Notes: generated by a model from the letters alone, not told the origin. 64,000 bases of DNA from Eledone cirrhosa (GCA_964016885.1 OZ024750.1:16368001-16432000), one strand, 5' to 3'; counted from the stretch's first letter, positions 14,901 to 28,721 are shown. Numbers and translations are program-made.

Positions 14901-15380
14901 TATATATAAGTAAGAAATATCAGATAAACTATTGTTTTGTTTTGTCATATTTTAATCATGTTTTTGCTCCTGTGTTTCTAATTTACATTGTACTAGCCTA
15001 CTTAAAACAAGCTTAACCACATATCTCCATATCTCACAATGCTTCGTATACAATATACTACTTTGTTTTACTTGTGAATAATCTTAAAATGCCACTCTCT
15101 TTTCACTAAAAAACATAATAAAGGAAAGTGGGTATTGTGTATTCAATGCAAAATCAATTTATACTAGTTTATTTTCATAATTAACTAATATACATTTTAA
15201 AATGACAATTAGACTTTAATAGTATGGTGGAATAAATAGAAAGGAATACAAATCTGGGTGTGAGACATCGAAAGATTAAATGAATTATGTCTGTCTGGAT
15301 TAAATTGTTTGTAATGGCAAACACTTTTAATGGCGAGAGCGATATAATTGTGCCTTTAGATAAATAAGTAGATAATTGAA

Positions 15381-15381
15381 C

Positions 15382-15465
<84 letters not shown>

Positions 15466-15604
15466 TTCTTTATTTGCCACAAGGGCGCACAAGAAAAGGG
15501 AACAATAGATAAACAAATAGATAGAGAGATAGATTGATAGATAAACAGACAGACAGACAGATAAACAGATAGATAAACAGACAGACAGATAAACAGATAG
15601 ATAA

Positions 15605-15658
<54 letters not shown>

Positions 15659-16079
15659 TTCTTTATTAGCCACAAGGGCGCAACAAGAAAGGGGACAATA
15701 CAAAGACATGCCGGGGATTTTACATACAGTCGTGTAAAAAATATAAAAACAAACAATTTCAACAATCGAAATCCCCAATAGGGGGGAGGCGCCACAAATG
15801 GGTTGTTTAATACCCCGTCGATAGAACAACCCTCAACTCGAGGAGCGTGTTGTGCAAGTGCTCCTTTCTTCCTTTTGCTCTCTTCCTCAACCTACAGGCT
15901 TATAAACAGAGATAGATAGATAGATAGATATATTTCTTTATTTACCATAAAGGCATAAAAAGAAGGGAGAAATACAAAGGGGGAGTTTACATAAAATCGA
16001 GTAAAAAGGGTATAAACTGAAAATAATCGAAAACAACCTCAAAAGGGAGGGGACGTGATGGGGGTTGCACACACCCAAT

Positions 16080-16132
<53 letters not shown>

Positions 16133-16140
16133 AATATATC
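15381..16140 (-). mobile_element. (GATA)n tracts with three retroelement-like 3' tails; relatives at 16693, 16880 and 53666-53900
   Basis: Minus strand reads ...cccttgtggctAATAAAgaaatctatctatc, i.e. a polyA signal plus microsatellite tail. Clade not determined. Confidence 0.55.
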
Positions 16141-16267
16141 CCCATAAAATGACATTAATTACAGTCACAAACAACTGCGGTTTTAATTCATCCCCAGTTA
16201 ATAAGTTTGCGTTGAACGCCATTGATATCCCTCCTGATTATATTAACTTCATTAGCGGAAAATTGAA

Positions 16268-16688
16268 TAATAATAATAATAATAATGGTTTCTTATATAG
16301 GCACAGGGCCAGCAATTTTGGGGGAGGGGAAAGTCCAGCAATTACCGTAGTGCATTACTGGTACTTTAATTTATCGACCCCGTAAGGATGAAAGGCAAAG
16401 TTAACCTCGTCGGGATTTGAACTCAGAGTGTAAAGATACATAACTCTATGCTGGAAAGCATGGCATCCAATAATAATGGTTTTTTATATAGGCACACGGC
16501 CAGTAATTTGGGTGGAGGGGGAAGTCGATTATATCAATCCCCAGTGCGTCACTGGTACTTTATTTTATCGACCCCGTAAGGATGAAAGGCAAAGTTAACC
16601 TCGGCGGGATTTGAAGTCAGAACGCAAAGGGCCATAACTCTATACTGCAAAGCATGTGTCTGACGCTCTACCGATACTGCCAAACCAC
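16268..16688 (-). mobile_element. Two tandem family-1 SINEs
   Basis: Body motif at ~16375 and ~16570. Confidence 0.85.
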
Positions 16689-17400
16689 TAATGCTTTCTT
16701 TATTAACCACAAGGGTTGACATAAAGTATAACATTAAGGACAGCACAGGACGCTACAAATGGACGTTTCCGCCTGTAAAAACAAATGCATAAAACAATAA
16801 CAAAGAAAGTAACAAAAAAAAAAATGAAACAAAGGGAAATTCCCCAATAGGGGGGGGGGGGGGTATCGTGATAATGATCATTTCTTTTATTGACCACGGG
16901 GGTCCAAGAACGAGATGTAACACAGAGCGGGGGTTAATATCGAATAAAATAGACCGAGATCAAGAAAAATCAATAAATGTAACAATGAATGTTTAATAAT
17001 CTCGCCTCTCTCATCAACCTTTTATAGTGAAGAGGAATGACTGTTGGAGAAGACGAAAGGAGAAGGAGAATGTTGTAGGCAATCTCTTTAAAGTCTTCTG
17101 ATCCTTTTGCTCTAGCATGTCCCTCCATTACAATGAAAGAGCGGTAGATGTATTTAATGGTGATCGTTTCATGATCATATCAAACTAGCAATAATTATAA
17201 TTACAATTAATCCCGTCTGTGGAGTATTAATTCTCTATTATGAATGAGACTCTATGGGGAACAATTAAGCCAAGCCTTCTCGTTAAAGGGGGAGATAACT
17301 ATAAAATGGCATCATACAATATATTGTGGTATGAATAGCTAACACATAGCTATAGAATATTTCAGGATTTTTAGGTATGAATAGATCGTGCATAATTATA

Positions 17401-17660
17401 GTGAAGGCGCATGGCTTAGTGGTTAGAGTATTCGGCTCACTTTGTGCAAGACACTTTATTTCCCGTTGCTCCAATGTACTCAGCTGAGGGTGGAGGAATG
17501 GATTATACCCACACTATCACGCTGTATCTCCAAGGGAATTACGTTCGGAGTACACGTGTCTGTGAAATGCTCAATCACTTGTACGTTAATCTCACAAGCA
17601 GACTGTTTCTTTAATCGAATCAACTGGAGCATTCGTCGTCTCGGAACTGTTGGAGGTCCA
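17401..17660 (+). mobile_element. Family-2 CORE-type SINE
   Basis: gaaggcgcatggcttagtggttagagt head and gcaagacactttatttcccgttgctcca core. Confidence 0.75.
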
Positions 17661-18198
17661 ACACACTTATATCTATAGAAGATTTCTTGGTCTTACAACG
17701 TGAATAGATATTATATACCGCTTATACTCGTATAAAAGTAAATCCCAAGTAAAAGTCATTCCCCTATGTTTTTACACTCCAAATTTGGATTGATCCATGT
17801 ATCCCATGTAAAAGTTAACCCTAGTTCTTTGCAGACAATAGATCAACATTTGTAAATGAAAGTATTATCCTGAACAAAAATGTTACGACGAGGAAATAAA
17901 TATGTCTACGATATTATGTTCGGTTATATGCAAATGTGTTTGTGTAAGAAATCAGTTGCGTATGCTTACATCACACCGTATGTAACAACAGCGTCCCTAC
18001 GGCTCCATCGGGAGATTAAGGCTCATTGTATGAAATGGCATGACATGACATATATTTTGAAATATGTAGTTCGAATTTAAAGATGGCTGACTATGATGAA
18101 AAAAATAACAAGAAAATAAGAGAAAATATGAATAACAAAACATTCCTTAACCCCTCTAGCAAATTGTTTATCACTCTACATGGCTGAATACAATAAAT

Positions 18199-18471
18199 GT
18201 AATCTGAGTTTTTCGAATATTAATAATTCTTTCTACTTTTGGCACAAGGCCAGTGATTATCTCAGTGCATTACTGGTACTTTATTTTATCGACCCCGTAA
18301 GGATGAAAGGCAAAATTAACCTCGGCGAGATTTGAACTCAGATCATAAAGGGCCGTAACTTTATACTGCAAAGCATGGCGTCCGACCCTCTACCGATTCT
18401 GCTATTCGATTCGTTTGCATGATTGCAAACGAATCGAATATTATTATTAATATTCGAAAAACTCAGATTAC
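18199..18471. mobile_element. Short palindrome with a family-1 SINE (~18220-18402, minus strand) inserted in its left arm
   Basis: gtaatctgagtttttcgaatattaataat[SINE]attcgattcgtttgca-tgat-tgcaaacgaatcgaat-attattattaatattcgaaaaactcagattac. Confidence 0.8.
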
Positions 18472-18489
18472 CTTTACCTATCTAAATAG

Positions 18490-18915
18490 AGAAATGTTTT
18501 TAATTCTTCTAAAAGGATATATGCAACCCCGCTTAGAGTACGCACTGGTTGATTACCTTACTTCCGAAAGGACATAGCCACTATTGAAAGAATTCCGAGA
18601 AGGGTAACAAAATTACTACCAGAATTTAGAAATCTGTCTTATGAAGAAGACAGATGTAAAAACCTAGATATACAACTTTTGAAATGAGGCAAAAAAGAGG
18701 CATGAAAAAAGTATTTCATATGAGAAAAGGACTTGAAAATATAAATGTTAGTAAACTATAATAGAAAAATGTTAAGAGGAGGTTATAATTACACACCTTA
18801 TCAGAAACAACACTCTAGAGACAGAAAATATATTTTCCCCAAAAGGTTATTTGTGAATGAAATAATTTGCCAGGTCAAGTAGTAAATACCACAACAGTAA
18901 GTTATTCTTTAAATC
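18490..18915 (+). pseudogene. Decayed CR1-clade LINE, ORF2 C-terminal fragment
   Basis: Frameshifted translation KGYMQPRLEYA..LPYFRKDIATIERIPRRVTKLLPEFRNLSYEE..EMRQKRG..NNLPGQVV matches the CR1 pattern RPHLEYA..KDI..LERVQRRATK..LSYEERL. Confidence 0.8.
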
Positions 18916-20786
18916 TCACAAAACTTCAACTGGTATCAACAGAAGACCAATCCGTATTCACCATTATTCTCCAACGTCAGAAAAGTTAGCTGTTATATTT
19001 AACACTACATCTGGCTAGATTCGTATAAATTCGAAAAAAATGTATTTCACAAAGCTCATTTAAAACTATAACGTTCTGTAGTAGCTTTTATTTCTGTGAT
19101 AAGCGTTGAATATCGTTCTCTTTTACGATTAGCACTTGGAGTTTATTTTCTACAAAAGATTAAATAATGAGCGGCTAATTGGAAGACCGTAGACGTTATC
19201 AGCTGATAGCATTTTACGTTCAAAGAAATTAATTCTTTGAATAGATCCAATATAGCAGTGGCCACTCTTTTCAATCGTAATAAATCAAGTAGGTACACAA
19301 AGACTTTACTTTTATATAAATTTTAATTAATTTAACCTTCTCCAGACCATAGCTTCCGGCACTCACATAATACAGCTACTGCATGGAATTATTTTATGTG
19401 ATACAAAGGAAAGTGTTGTTGTCAATGATAAATGGCAATACTTCTGATTTCAAAGTGGATTAATAAATTTTACCCTTGACAATTGTAACATATCTTTACA
19501 CCTGACAAAGCTCTGTCCACCGGGATCATAAAGCAACAACTATTGAAGTTTGTAAGGTATGTTTATAAGGTACGTTAATTAATTGTTTTACACTAAATAA
19601 GTTACGTACGTATTGTAAAAAAATATAATAAAACAGAAAATATGTGAAACAACACTAAAATACATTTATATCCACATTTTAATGGAAGGCGGTGCATGAC
19701 AGAAACGTTAGAGAGTCGGATAGAATGATTTGTGGTATTCCTTCCGATGTTTGTATTTACATAACGACTCCTCTCGGCGTCTACAGAGTTCCTTAAACGT
19801 TTAAACACTCATAGTCGAAACCGGTGGAGATCCATTCCTATTAAGCTAATAATAAAAAGAAATTTATAACTGACACATGGAGAAGTAAATTGCTATATGC
19901 CGCAAAGCATGTTGTTCGACGCTCTATCGATTACTGCCAATCCACCACCGAAAGAGAGATTAGAATATTTCAATCTAGTCTCACACATAACCCCCGAAAA
20001 TTTCCACAACTTCTTCTTCTTGAGAGGGTTGTGCAGGTAGAGTCCTCAGACGGACGAAAGAGTCACCAAATAAACCTGCTGGACCCCAATCTTGGACTAG
20101 TGTTAGTTACTATAATCACGGGTACCATTCAGAAAGCCGAAAGGCTGATGATGTTTGCCATATATTGAGAATTAACGTAAAATGAAATGTCTTCCTCAAG
20201 AATGCAACGAGCTGCCCAAACCACGAATCGAACCCATGACCTTATGATGGTGGTCTCATCACTGTAACCACTAGGCTACATACTTTCACCACCTCCCTAA
20301 CTACCACGTTATATTAACTAATAAAAACAATGTTTTATTTCCTAGAACATCTGAACGTTTCTTCGGATAAACATATTTATCAGTTTTCGTATTAATTTTC
20401 AAAGTAAAACCCTCAAACAAACAAGTAAACCAGATAACAGCAAGAACATATCAAATGAGTTTTTAAAATAATTTCTATATTTTTTATGGATTTAAGACGG
20501 TGAATAGGAGATATAAGTTAATTAGTTATGGTTTATGAGCAAGCCAGACAAAGTGGGAATCAGTTAGTAGGCAGCTGGAGCGCAAATTCGCTTATAAATC
20601 TTAACGAAATGAATGTGTCAGAAATAGTATTGATAACACATGTCTAGATAATTAATATCTTAGGTGGTAGCCTAATACCTCTCTCTTTATTGAACGACTT
20701 TATTGGAGGTTGCACTTAGGATTTTTTTAAATAAGTAATTATTCCATAAGAAATGATGTTGCCTTGATTAGAAATCGTATAGTTTC

Positions 20787-21070
20787 TAATAATGATTTCT
20801 TATATAGGCACAAGGCCAGCAATTTTTGGGGGTGGGGGAGTCGATTAAATCGACCCCAGTGCATGACTGGTACTTTATTTTATCGACCCCGTAAGGTTGA
20901 AAAAGCAAAGTTAACCTCGGTGGGATTTGAACTCAGATCGTAAAGGGCCGTAACTCTATTCTGCAAAGCATGTTGTCCGACCCTCTACCGATACTGCCAA
21001 TCCACTGCCCTCGTATAATTTCTAATAATGATTTCTGATTTAGGAACAAGGCCAACAAATGTTGGGGGAT
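20787..21070 (-). mobile_element. Full family-1 SINE plus a partial tail
   Basis: A and B boxes present; flank cgtata(g/a)tttctaataat is duplicated at 20776 and 21012. Confidence 0.85.
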
Positions 21071-21532
21071 GCAGGGCACTAGATATTTCCACCGCTATAA
21101 GTTCCAAGGAATAGAACCTACCTCGTAAAGTTCGTTCTTGCGAATGATCATCTATGTCCCTATTGTAGTAAAAAATGAGAAGAGGGCTCGGGGACTAAGG
21201 CACCAAATATTTCCAATACTATGAGTTCGACTAGAAACCTATAGAAGAGTAGCTAGTACTTTGTCAAATGTTTTTATAGTTATGAGTTTGACAGAAAACA
21301 ACCCACATTGTGGAGATTCCTCTTGTGACTGATCACATCCCAGACCTGCCAACTCTCCCCATCCGACGAGGAAATCTCCTCGTTTTGGCTCATTTCTTCC
21401 TGTCTCCCCGTTTTTGTGAAAATTGGTATAGCTTTCATTATGTAACATTTCCACATTTTGCCTCATCTCTTCCCATGTGGGGCACTATTTGTCATGGTAC
21501 TCCCCGTTTGGGTTTTTAGAGGTTGGCAGATC

Positions 21533-22410
21533 TACAGCATTATACTAAATATCTACCACTATCTGGCCATGTTACAGCATATTACTAAATATCTACCACT
21601 ATCTGGCCATGTTACAGCATATTACTAAATATCTACCACTATCTGGCCATGTTACAGCATATTACTAAATATCTACCACTATCTGGCCATGTTACAGCAT
21701 ATTACTAAATATCTACCACTATCTGGCCATGTTACAGCATATTACTAAATATCCACCACTATCTGGCCATGTTACAGCATATTACTAAATATCTACCACT
21801 ATCTGGCCATGTTACAGCATATTACTAAATATCCACCACTATCTGGCCATGTTACAGCATATTACTAAATATCTACCACTATCTGGCCATGTTACAGCAT
21901 ATTACTAAATATCTACCACTATCTGGCCATGTTACAGCATATTACTAAATATCCACCACTATCTGGCCATGTTACAGCATATTACTAAATATCCACCACT
22001 ATCTGGCCATGTTACAGCATATTACTAAATATCTACCACTATCTGGCCATGTTACAGCATATTACTAAATATCTACCACTATCTGGCCATGTTACAGCAT
22101 ATTACTAAATATCTACCACTATCTGGCCATGTTACAGCATATTACTAAATATCTACCACTATCTGGCCATGTTACAGCATATTACTAAATATCCACCACT
22201 ATCTGGCCATGTTACAGCATATTACTAAATATCTACCACTATCTGGCCATGTTACAGCATATTACTAAATATCCACCACTATCTGGCCATGTTACAGCAT
22301 ATTACTAAATATCTACCACTATCTGGCCATGTTACAGCATATTACTAAATATCCACCACTATCTGGCCATGTTACAGTATATCATTAAACATCTACCACC
22401 ATCTGACTAT
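21533..22410. repeat. 40-bp minisatellite, ~22 copies
   Basis: Unit ATCTACCACTATCTGGCCATGTTACAGCATATTACTAAAT, with a single T/C variant site. Confidence 0.97.
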
Positions 22411-23189
22411 GCTGGAGTGCCATCTATAATTTTCTTTTTTAGATCTGGTACCCGTTTCTATCGCAGTACGTGTGGACGAGGTGGTTCGGTACCCAGGCAC
22501 CAAATACTTCCACCAGTATGAATTCAACAAGTAACTATAAGTATCTATAGGAGATCAGTCGGTATTTTGTCAACTAGCGATCTTCAACCTGACGGCTATA
22601 ATTTGATATTTATCCCAGTCATTTTTCACCATAGACAAATTGCTATCTGACCTTTCTATCGCAGCTGGATCTCCTGTATGTAGTGCTTTGTCTTAATTAC
22701 TCACTGGCAGTATTACTCTATCTCTATACTGAATAAAACGACCAGAACAACTGCCGAACACTTTCTGACGTAAGAAACACGACCTATTGCCTAGCGATGG
22801 ATTGATGAAATTACATTTTCAGTAAGATCTTTCAAAGTATCATTGTCAAAATTAATTCCTCTGTTTATGTGAGTGTGTGTGTATGTGTGTGCGTCTGTGT
22901 GTGCGTCTATGTATGTGGGAGAGAGAGAAAAACAGAGAGAGAAAAAAAGAAAGTCTGCGTGTGGGTCTATGCGTGTGGGAGAGAGAGAGAGAGAGATAGA
23001 GAGAAAAAAAGAGAGTCTGCGTGTGGGTCTATGCGTGTGGGAGAGAGAGAGAGATAGAGAGAAAAAAAGAGAGTCTGTGTGTGACTGTGCGTTTGTGTTT
23101 GAATGGTGGATGTGTATGTTGTATGTGTACGCGTGTTGTGTGTGGTGTGTGTGTCTGTGGGATGTGTACGCAGATATACTATATGTGCA

Positions 23190-23348
23190 TTATTTCCCCG
23201 TGAGGATGAAAGGCAAATTTAACCTCGGGGGGAGTTCAAATCCCGCTGAGGTTAACTTTGCCTTTCATCCTTACGAAGTTGATAAAATAAAGTACCAGTA
23301 ATACATTGAGTAATTGCTGGCCTTGTGCAAAAAGTAGGAACAATTATT
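23190..23348 (+). mobile_element. Family-1 SINE with inverted 5' duplication
   Basis: aggatgaaaggcaaatttaacctc...gaggttaactttgcctttcatcct arranged head-to-head around ~23235. Confidence 0.75.
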
Positions 23349-23428
23349 TTAAATTTGTATCATACATTTTCGTTGCGTGTGTATATGTACGTATCTATCT
23401 TTTTCTCTCTCGCTCTCTCTCTCTCATG

Positions 23429-23459
<31 letters not shown>

Positions 23460-23491
23460 ATGTACGAAGCCGGATTTTCGGCTTACATTTA

Positions 23492-23529
<38 letters not shown>

Positions 23530-23530
23530 A

Positions 23531-23845
23531 AGATGGCGTAGGACAGAACAAAGGAGAGGCACAAAAACAAAGAAAAGAATCCCCAGTCACCGAAGAGGTC
23601 ACAGAATGTGTGACGAAAGAACTTTGACAATATATGAACAATCGTCTGGTTGTGGAACCAACCAACTAACCGGAAATTTATGAATTCCTAAATTTATAAA
23701 TTTAATTTATAATAAATTAAAGTGAAAGCAACTGGTACGTGTGTTTCTTATTGGCAACATCACCCTCCCAAAGCATAACAATATCGGTTTCAACACACGT
23801 TTTCAGATAAAGAATCTTGCTAAACAAATTCAGAAACGAAATATA
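23531..23845 (+). mobile_element. HHR-bearing element ending in (TA)n; HHR at 23586-23628 with U4C mutation
   Basis: gtca CCGAAGA g gtcaca-gaatg-tgtgac GAAA GAAC TT tgac. Inverse copy at 41443-41754. Confidence 0.75.
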
Positions 23846-23961
23846 TATTTATATATATATATATATATATATGCTTATATATATATATATATATATATGT
23901 GAAAGGTAAACAGAAATAACATCACAATCTGTAGAGTATATGGAAGGAAAGAGAGAGAGGG

Positions 23962-23992
<31 letters not shown>

Positions 23993-24793
23993 GAGAGAGG
24001 GAGAGAAAGAGAGAGAGAGGGAGAGAAAGAGAGAAAGAGAGCGTCTGCGGTGCTCAGATCGAAGAGATTATAAAAGGCTTGCCGAGTGCAAGCCGAAACC
24101 ACTTGGTGTCGTGGTGTTAACCCCCCCCCCCCCTATCTATCTATCTATCACAGGTACAGTCCACCCGATCGGCTTCTACATGATTTTCTGTCTACACAAC
24201 TCCATTCAGCAGGTTTGGAATCAACATATGGCTATTGTAAAAAAAAAAAAAAAAAGACACTTGCCCAAATGTCACGTGATGTGATCGATCGCGGAATCAC
24301 ATGAATCCGAAGCAAGCATGTGGATCGTTCAGCAATAGCCAGGAGAGTGATATTTGCGCTGTTTATTATGGTTCCCGATGCTCTGAGTTGAAATTCCACC
24401 AAATCTAACTTTGCCTTTCATTCTCTCGGGATCGATGAATAAGTACCAGTCCAGTGACTGACTGGCGAAATTGATAGAATAACGGACGGCTGTTGCGTTG
24501 TATTCCTCTTGCTTCAAGACCCTCACCTGAAAATGATTACCAGCCCAGCATCAACTATTGGGTTTAATCCTACAACAAGGGATTGGCGTCTTATCCAGGA
24601 AGAAAAATGTGTACTTTCAGTTGTTTAATGTCTCATTAAACCGAGATTATATCTGGGTTTTGTCCAATCCGTGCCAACATGGCAGACAGAGCGTAACATG
24701 ATAAATCCAACATTAATACATAATTTCGACATAATCCCAACACTACTTTGGGCGGGGGGGGGGGGGGGGTAGGTTACAAAGCAAAGACTATTA

Positions 24794-24968
24794 CTGTATT
24801 TCCCGGCATCGAAGACGCTACTTTTTTCCTAAAATAAGTCTCAAAAATCTACCATGCGTCTATGGTAGATTGTCTATTCTATTATTATTTTTTTTTTTTT
24901 CAAATTTTTGGTTGTCAAAATTAGGGTAAGTCTTTGAGGACAAGCGTGTTCGGCGCCGGGAAATACGG
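24794..24968. mobile_element. Tc1/mariner-superfamily (Tc2/pogo-like) MITE
   Basis: TIRs ctgtatttcccggcatcgaagacgc / gcgtgttcggcgccgggaaatacgg with TA on both sides. Truncated copy at 53324-53452. Confidence 0.8.
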
Positions 24969-25491
24969 TATATCAACGCCATTTTTTTTACTTGTACTTT
25001 ATTTTATCGACTCCGGAAGACTGAAATGTAAAATTTGTCTCGGTGGGAATTGAACTCAGAATATAAATGGCAGGAACAATCTCTGCCAATCAATCACCCT
25101 TCGAATTCTCATATGGATAATTGCGAATGAGTCAGGACTAAACGATATATATTTGTGTGTTTGTTTTCACAAGAGATTGTAAAAAAAAAAAAAAAAAAAG
25201 CCAGATATCAGTTCCAGTAAAGTGGTCTGAATGAATTAGTGTCAGTTCACGTAATTCAATGACGAAATAATAATGGAGAAGAAAGATGTCGTCATCTGAT
25301 CTTTACCGTACAATTGTGAGTCAGAATTAGATTCAAAAACAAAGCCATAGAAAATATATTAGACGCCAGGTTCAACACGAAATAGATTTCAGATTTACTG
25401 TGCAGGAACATAAAATGTTAAATCATGGATGTTTATTGTCAAAGGGATTATGGTATAGCGATGCTGACATGTGTATGGATGTGTGCGCACT

Positions 25492-25527
<36 letters not shown>

Positions 25528-25552
25528 GATACACATATGCTGTATCTCTCTG

Positions 25553-25588
<36 letters not shown>

Positions 25589-25621
25589 ATATATATATGT
25601 ATCTCTCTGTATGTATGTATT

Positions 25622-25670
<49 letters not shown>

Positions 25671-25711
25671 ACAGGAGGCTGGACTGGTGTAAATCCTTGA
25701 AAGGTTTATTA

Positions 25712-25767
25712 TACTATGATCACTTCAATGACCGGGTTCCATATGAATCCGGTGATGTCATCAGGTA
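25712..25767 (-). ncRNA. Degenerate type I hammerhead motif
   Basis: tac CTGATGA catcaccggattc...gaacccggtcatt GAAG TGATCA TA gta (A15.1 changed to G). Confidence 0.6.
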
Positions 25768-25862
25768 ATCGAAATATAACAGATTTAAATATAACAAGAT
25801 TGACCATACGGAATGACCAATTCTATCCAGTGGTGAACCAACAAACCTAAAGAAATATATAT

Positions 25863-25931
<69 letters not shown>

Positions 25932-26029
25932 GTGTGTGTGTAAAAGGTAAACAGAAATAACAACACAATTGGTACAGTATATGGAAGGAATATATTAGGT
26001 TACGCTTGAAATAACAGGAAGAGGGGTTT

Positions 26030-26062
26030 TAACGTTTCGGACGCTAGTCCTTCATCAGAAGA
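26030..26062 (-). ncRNA. Minimal hammerhead motif in a Penelope-like tail (25940-26145); truncated copy at 34002-34085
   Basis: CTGATGA a ggac-tagc-gtcc GAAA CG TT aaaac. Confidence 0.65.
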
Positions 26063-26143
26063 AAGAACGAGAAATAAGAAAGATTGAAGGGATGGGCGGG
26101 GTGGAATTGAAAAAAATGTCTTTAGATAAAAATAACAGGTCCA

Positions 26144-26182
<39 letters not shown>

Positions 26183-26519
26183 TAAATCATATCCTTAGAA
26201 TTATTAGATAAAATATATACCATTTCCTCTCCCAATTAGCATAATTAACCATATAAAAAATCAATTAGACCAGGCAATAAGAGTAAAGGCTCCTATGAAG
26301 AAATTTCCGACAAATAACCGAAATATATATACAGTGAGACTATATATATATATATAGTCTCACTGTATATATATATATATATATAGTTTCACTGTATATA
26401 TATATATATATAGTTTCACTGTATATATATATATATATATATACATATATATATACATATATATATACATATATATATATAGTCTCACTGTATATATATA
26501 TATATATATAGTCTCACTG

Positions 26520-26550
<31 letters not shown>

Positions 26551-26579
26551 ATATAGTCTCACTGTATATATATATATAT

Positions 26580-26633
<54 letters not shown>

Positions 26634-26634
26634 A

Positions 26635-26695
<61 letters not shown>

Positions 26696-26713
26696 TATCT
26701 GCATATGTACATA

Positions 26714-26744
<31 letters not shown>

Positions 26745-26810
26745 GCATATATACACATATATATATACATATATATATATGCATATATACACATATATAT
26801 ATATATATGC

Positions 26811-26883
<73 letters not shown>

Positions 26884-27052
26884 CATATATATATATATCA
26901 TATATATATATACATATATATATATATCATATATATATATATACATATATATATATCATATATTCTCTACTCTACGGAGTACTATAGATTCAACATTGTC
27001 TCCCTCTCTTTTGCTTTGTCTATGTGTCTGTCTTTCTGTCTGCTTGTCTCTC

Positions 27053-27089
<37 letters not shown>

Positions 27090-27107
27090 ATGTATATATG
27101 TATATAC

Positions 27108-27156
<49 letters not shown>

Positions 27157-27172
27157 TATATATATACACACA

Positions 27173-27204
<32 letters not shown>

Positions 27205-27234
27205 CATATATATTTATATATGTATATATATACA

Positions 27235-27268
<34 letters not shown>

Positions 27269-27809
27269 CACATACATACATACATACATATATAAATAAA
27301 TACATACATACATACATACATACATATACATACGTGATGTACGCATTCTTAGCTATCTACGTCATTTGCTTGACTGTGAGAGTGACTTAGTGAGAGAGGC
27401 AGTCGGGTAGTATATTTGGATATCACATTTTGTAGCAACATTTGAAGGCGTAACCATTGTTGTTGTTGTTGCTGATGTCGTCGTCGTCGTCATCATCATC
27501 ATCATCATCGCCGTCATCATCATCATCGCCGTCATCATCATCATCGTCGTCGTCTTCATCATCATCATTTGTTTATTTTCATAGTGTGTTGTCTCTGTGT
27601 TATCGAGCACGGCGACTCTGTGTGCCTCGGGTGTGTGCAGTGACATTCTCGTTGTTTCTATTGTATTGATACTATTCTATATACTATATATGTACTACCT
27701 AGTCGTGCTATTTTCAGTCTGTTGTATATATTTCTAAGTCCTGGGCTTTGGGTTATGTATCTAATTGTGTCTATTTTTATCATCCCTAATACCCAACTTT
27801 CATTATCAT

Positions 27810-28607
27810 TTGGCAGTATCGGTGGAGGGTCGGACACCATGCTTTCCAGCATAGTTACGTCCCTTTACGATCTGAGTTCAAATCCCGCCGAGGTTGACTT
27901 TGCCTTTCATCCTTACGGGGGGTCGATAAAATAAAGTACCAGTAATGCACTGGGTAATTGCTGGCCTTGTGCCTAAAGTAGAAACAATTATTTAGAGGGT
28001 CAAAGGCGGTGGATTGGCGGAGGAATCGGTAGAGGGTCGGACGCCATGCTTTGACGCAAAGAGTTACAGCCCTTTCCATTCTGAGTTCAAATCCCGCCGA
28101 GGTTAACTTTGCCTTTCATCCTTACGGGGGTCGATAAAATAAAGTACCAGTAATACACTGGGTGTTTGCTGGCTTTGTGCCAAAAGTAGAAACAATTATT
28201 TAGAGGGTCAGACACCATGCTTTGCAGCAAAGAGTTACGGCCCTTTATGTTCAGAGTTCAAATCCCGCCGAGGTTAACTTTGCCTTTCATCTTTACGGGG
28301 TCGATAAAATATAGTACCAGTAATACACTGGGATAATTGCTGGCCTTGTGCCAAAAGTAGAAACAATTATTATTAAGTAAAGTTGAGGGTGGTTTGGCAG
28401 TATCGTTAGAGCGTCAGTCACCATGCTTTACAGCATAGTGTTATGGCCCTTTATGGTCTGAGTAGAAATCCCGCCGAGGCTAACTTTTCCTTTTATACTT
28501 AAGGGCTCGATAAAATAAAGTACCAGTAACGTACAGGGGTCGATGATTTAATCGACTTTCCCCTTCCCCCAAATTACTGGCCTTGTGCCTATACTAGAAA
28601 TCATTAT
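27810..28607 (+). mobile_element. Head-to-tail array of four family-1 SINEs
   Basis: B-box/body at ~27873, ~28083, ~28254 and ~28460; junctions aattatttagagggtca. Confidence 0.9.
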
Positions 28608-28611
28608 ATAC

Positions 28612-28721
<110 letters not shown>

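Noticed and set aside
19760-19830. Further HHR remnants (GAAA-CCGG here; also ~37545, ~38208, ~36933 minus, ~3895 minus, ~3350)
   Set aside because: The CUGANGA core is too degenerate, so these were not counted.
21533-22410. CRISPR or coding repeat
   Set aside because: No spacers, and the 40-bp period is not a codon multiple.
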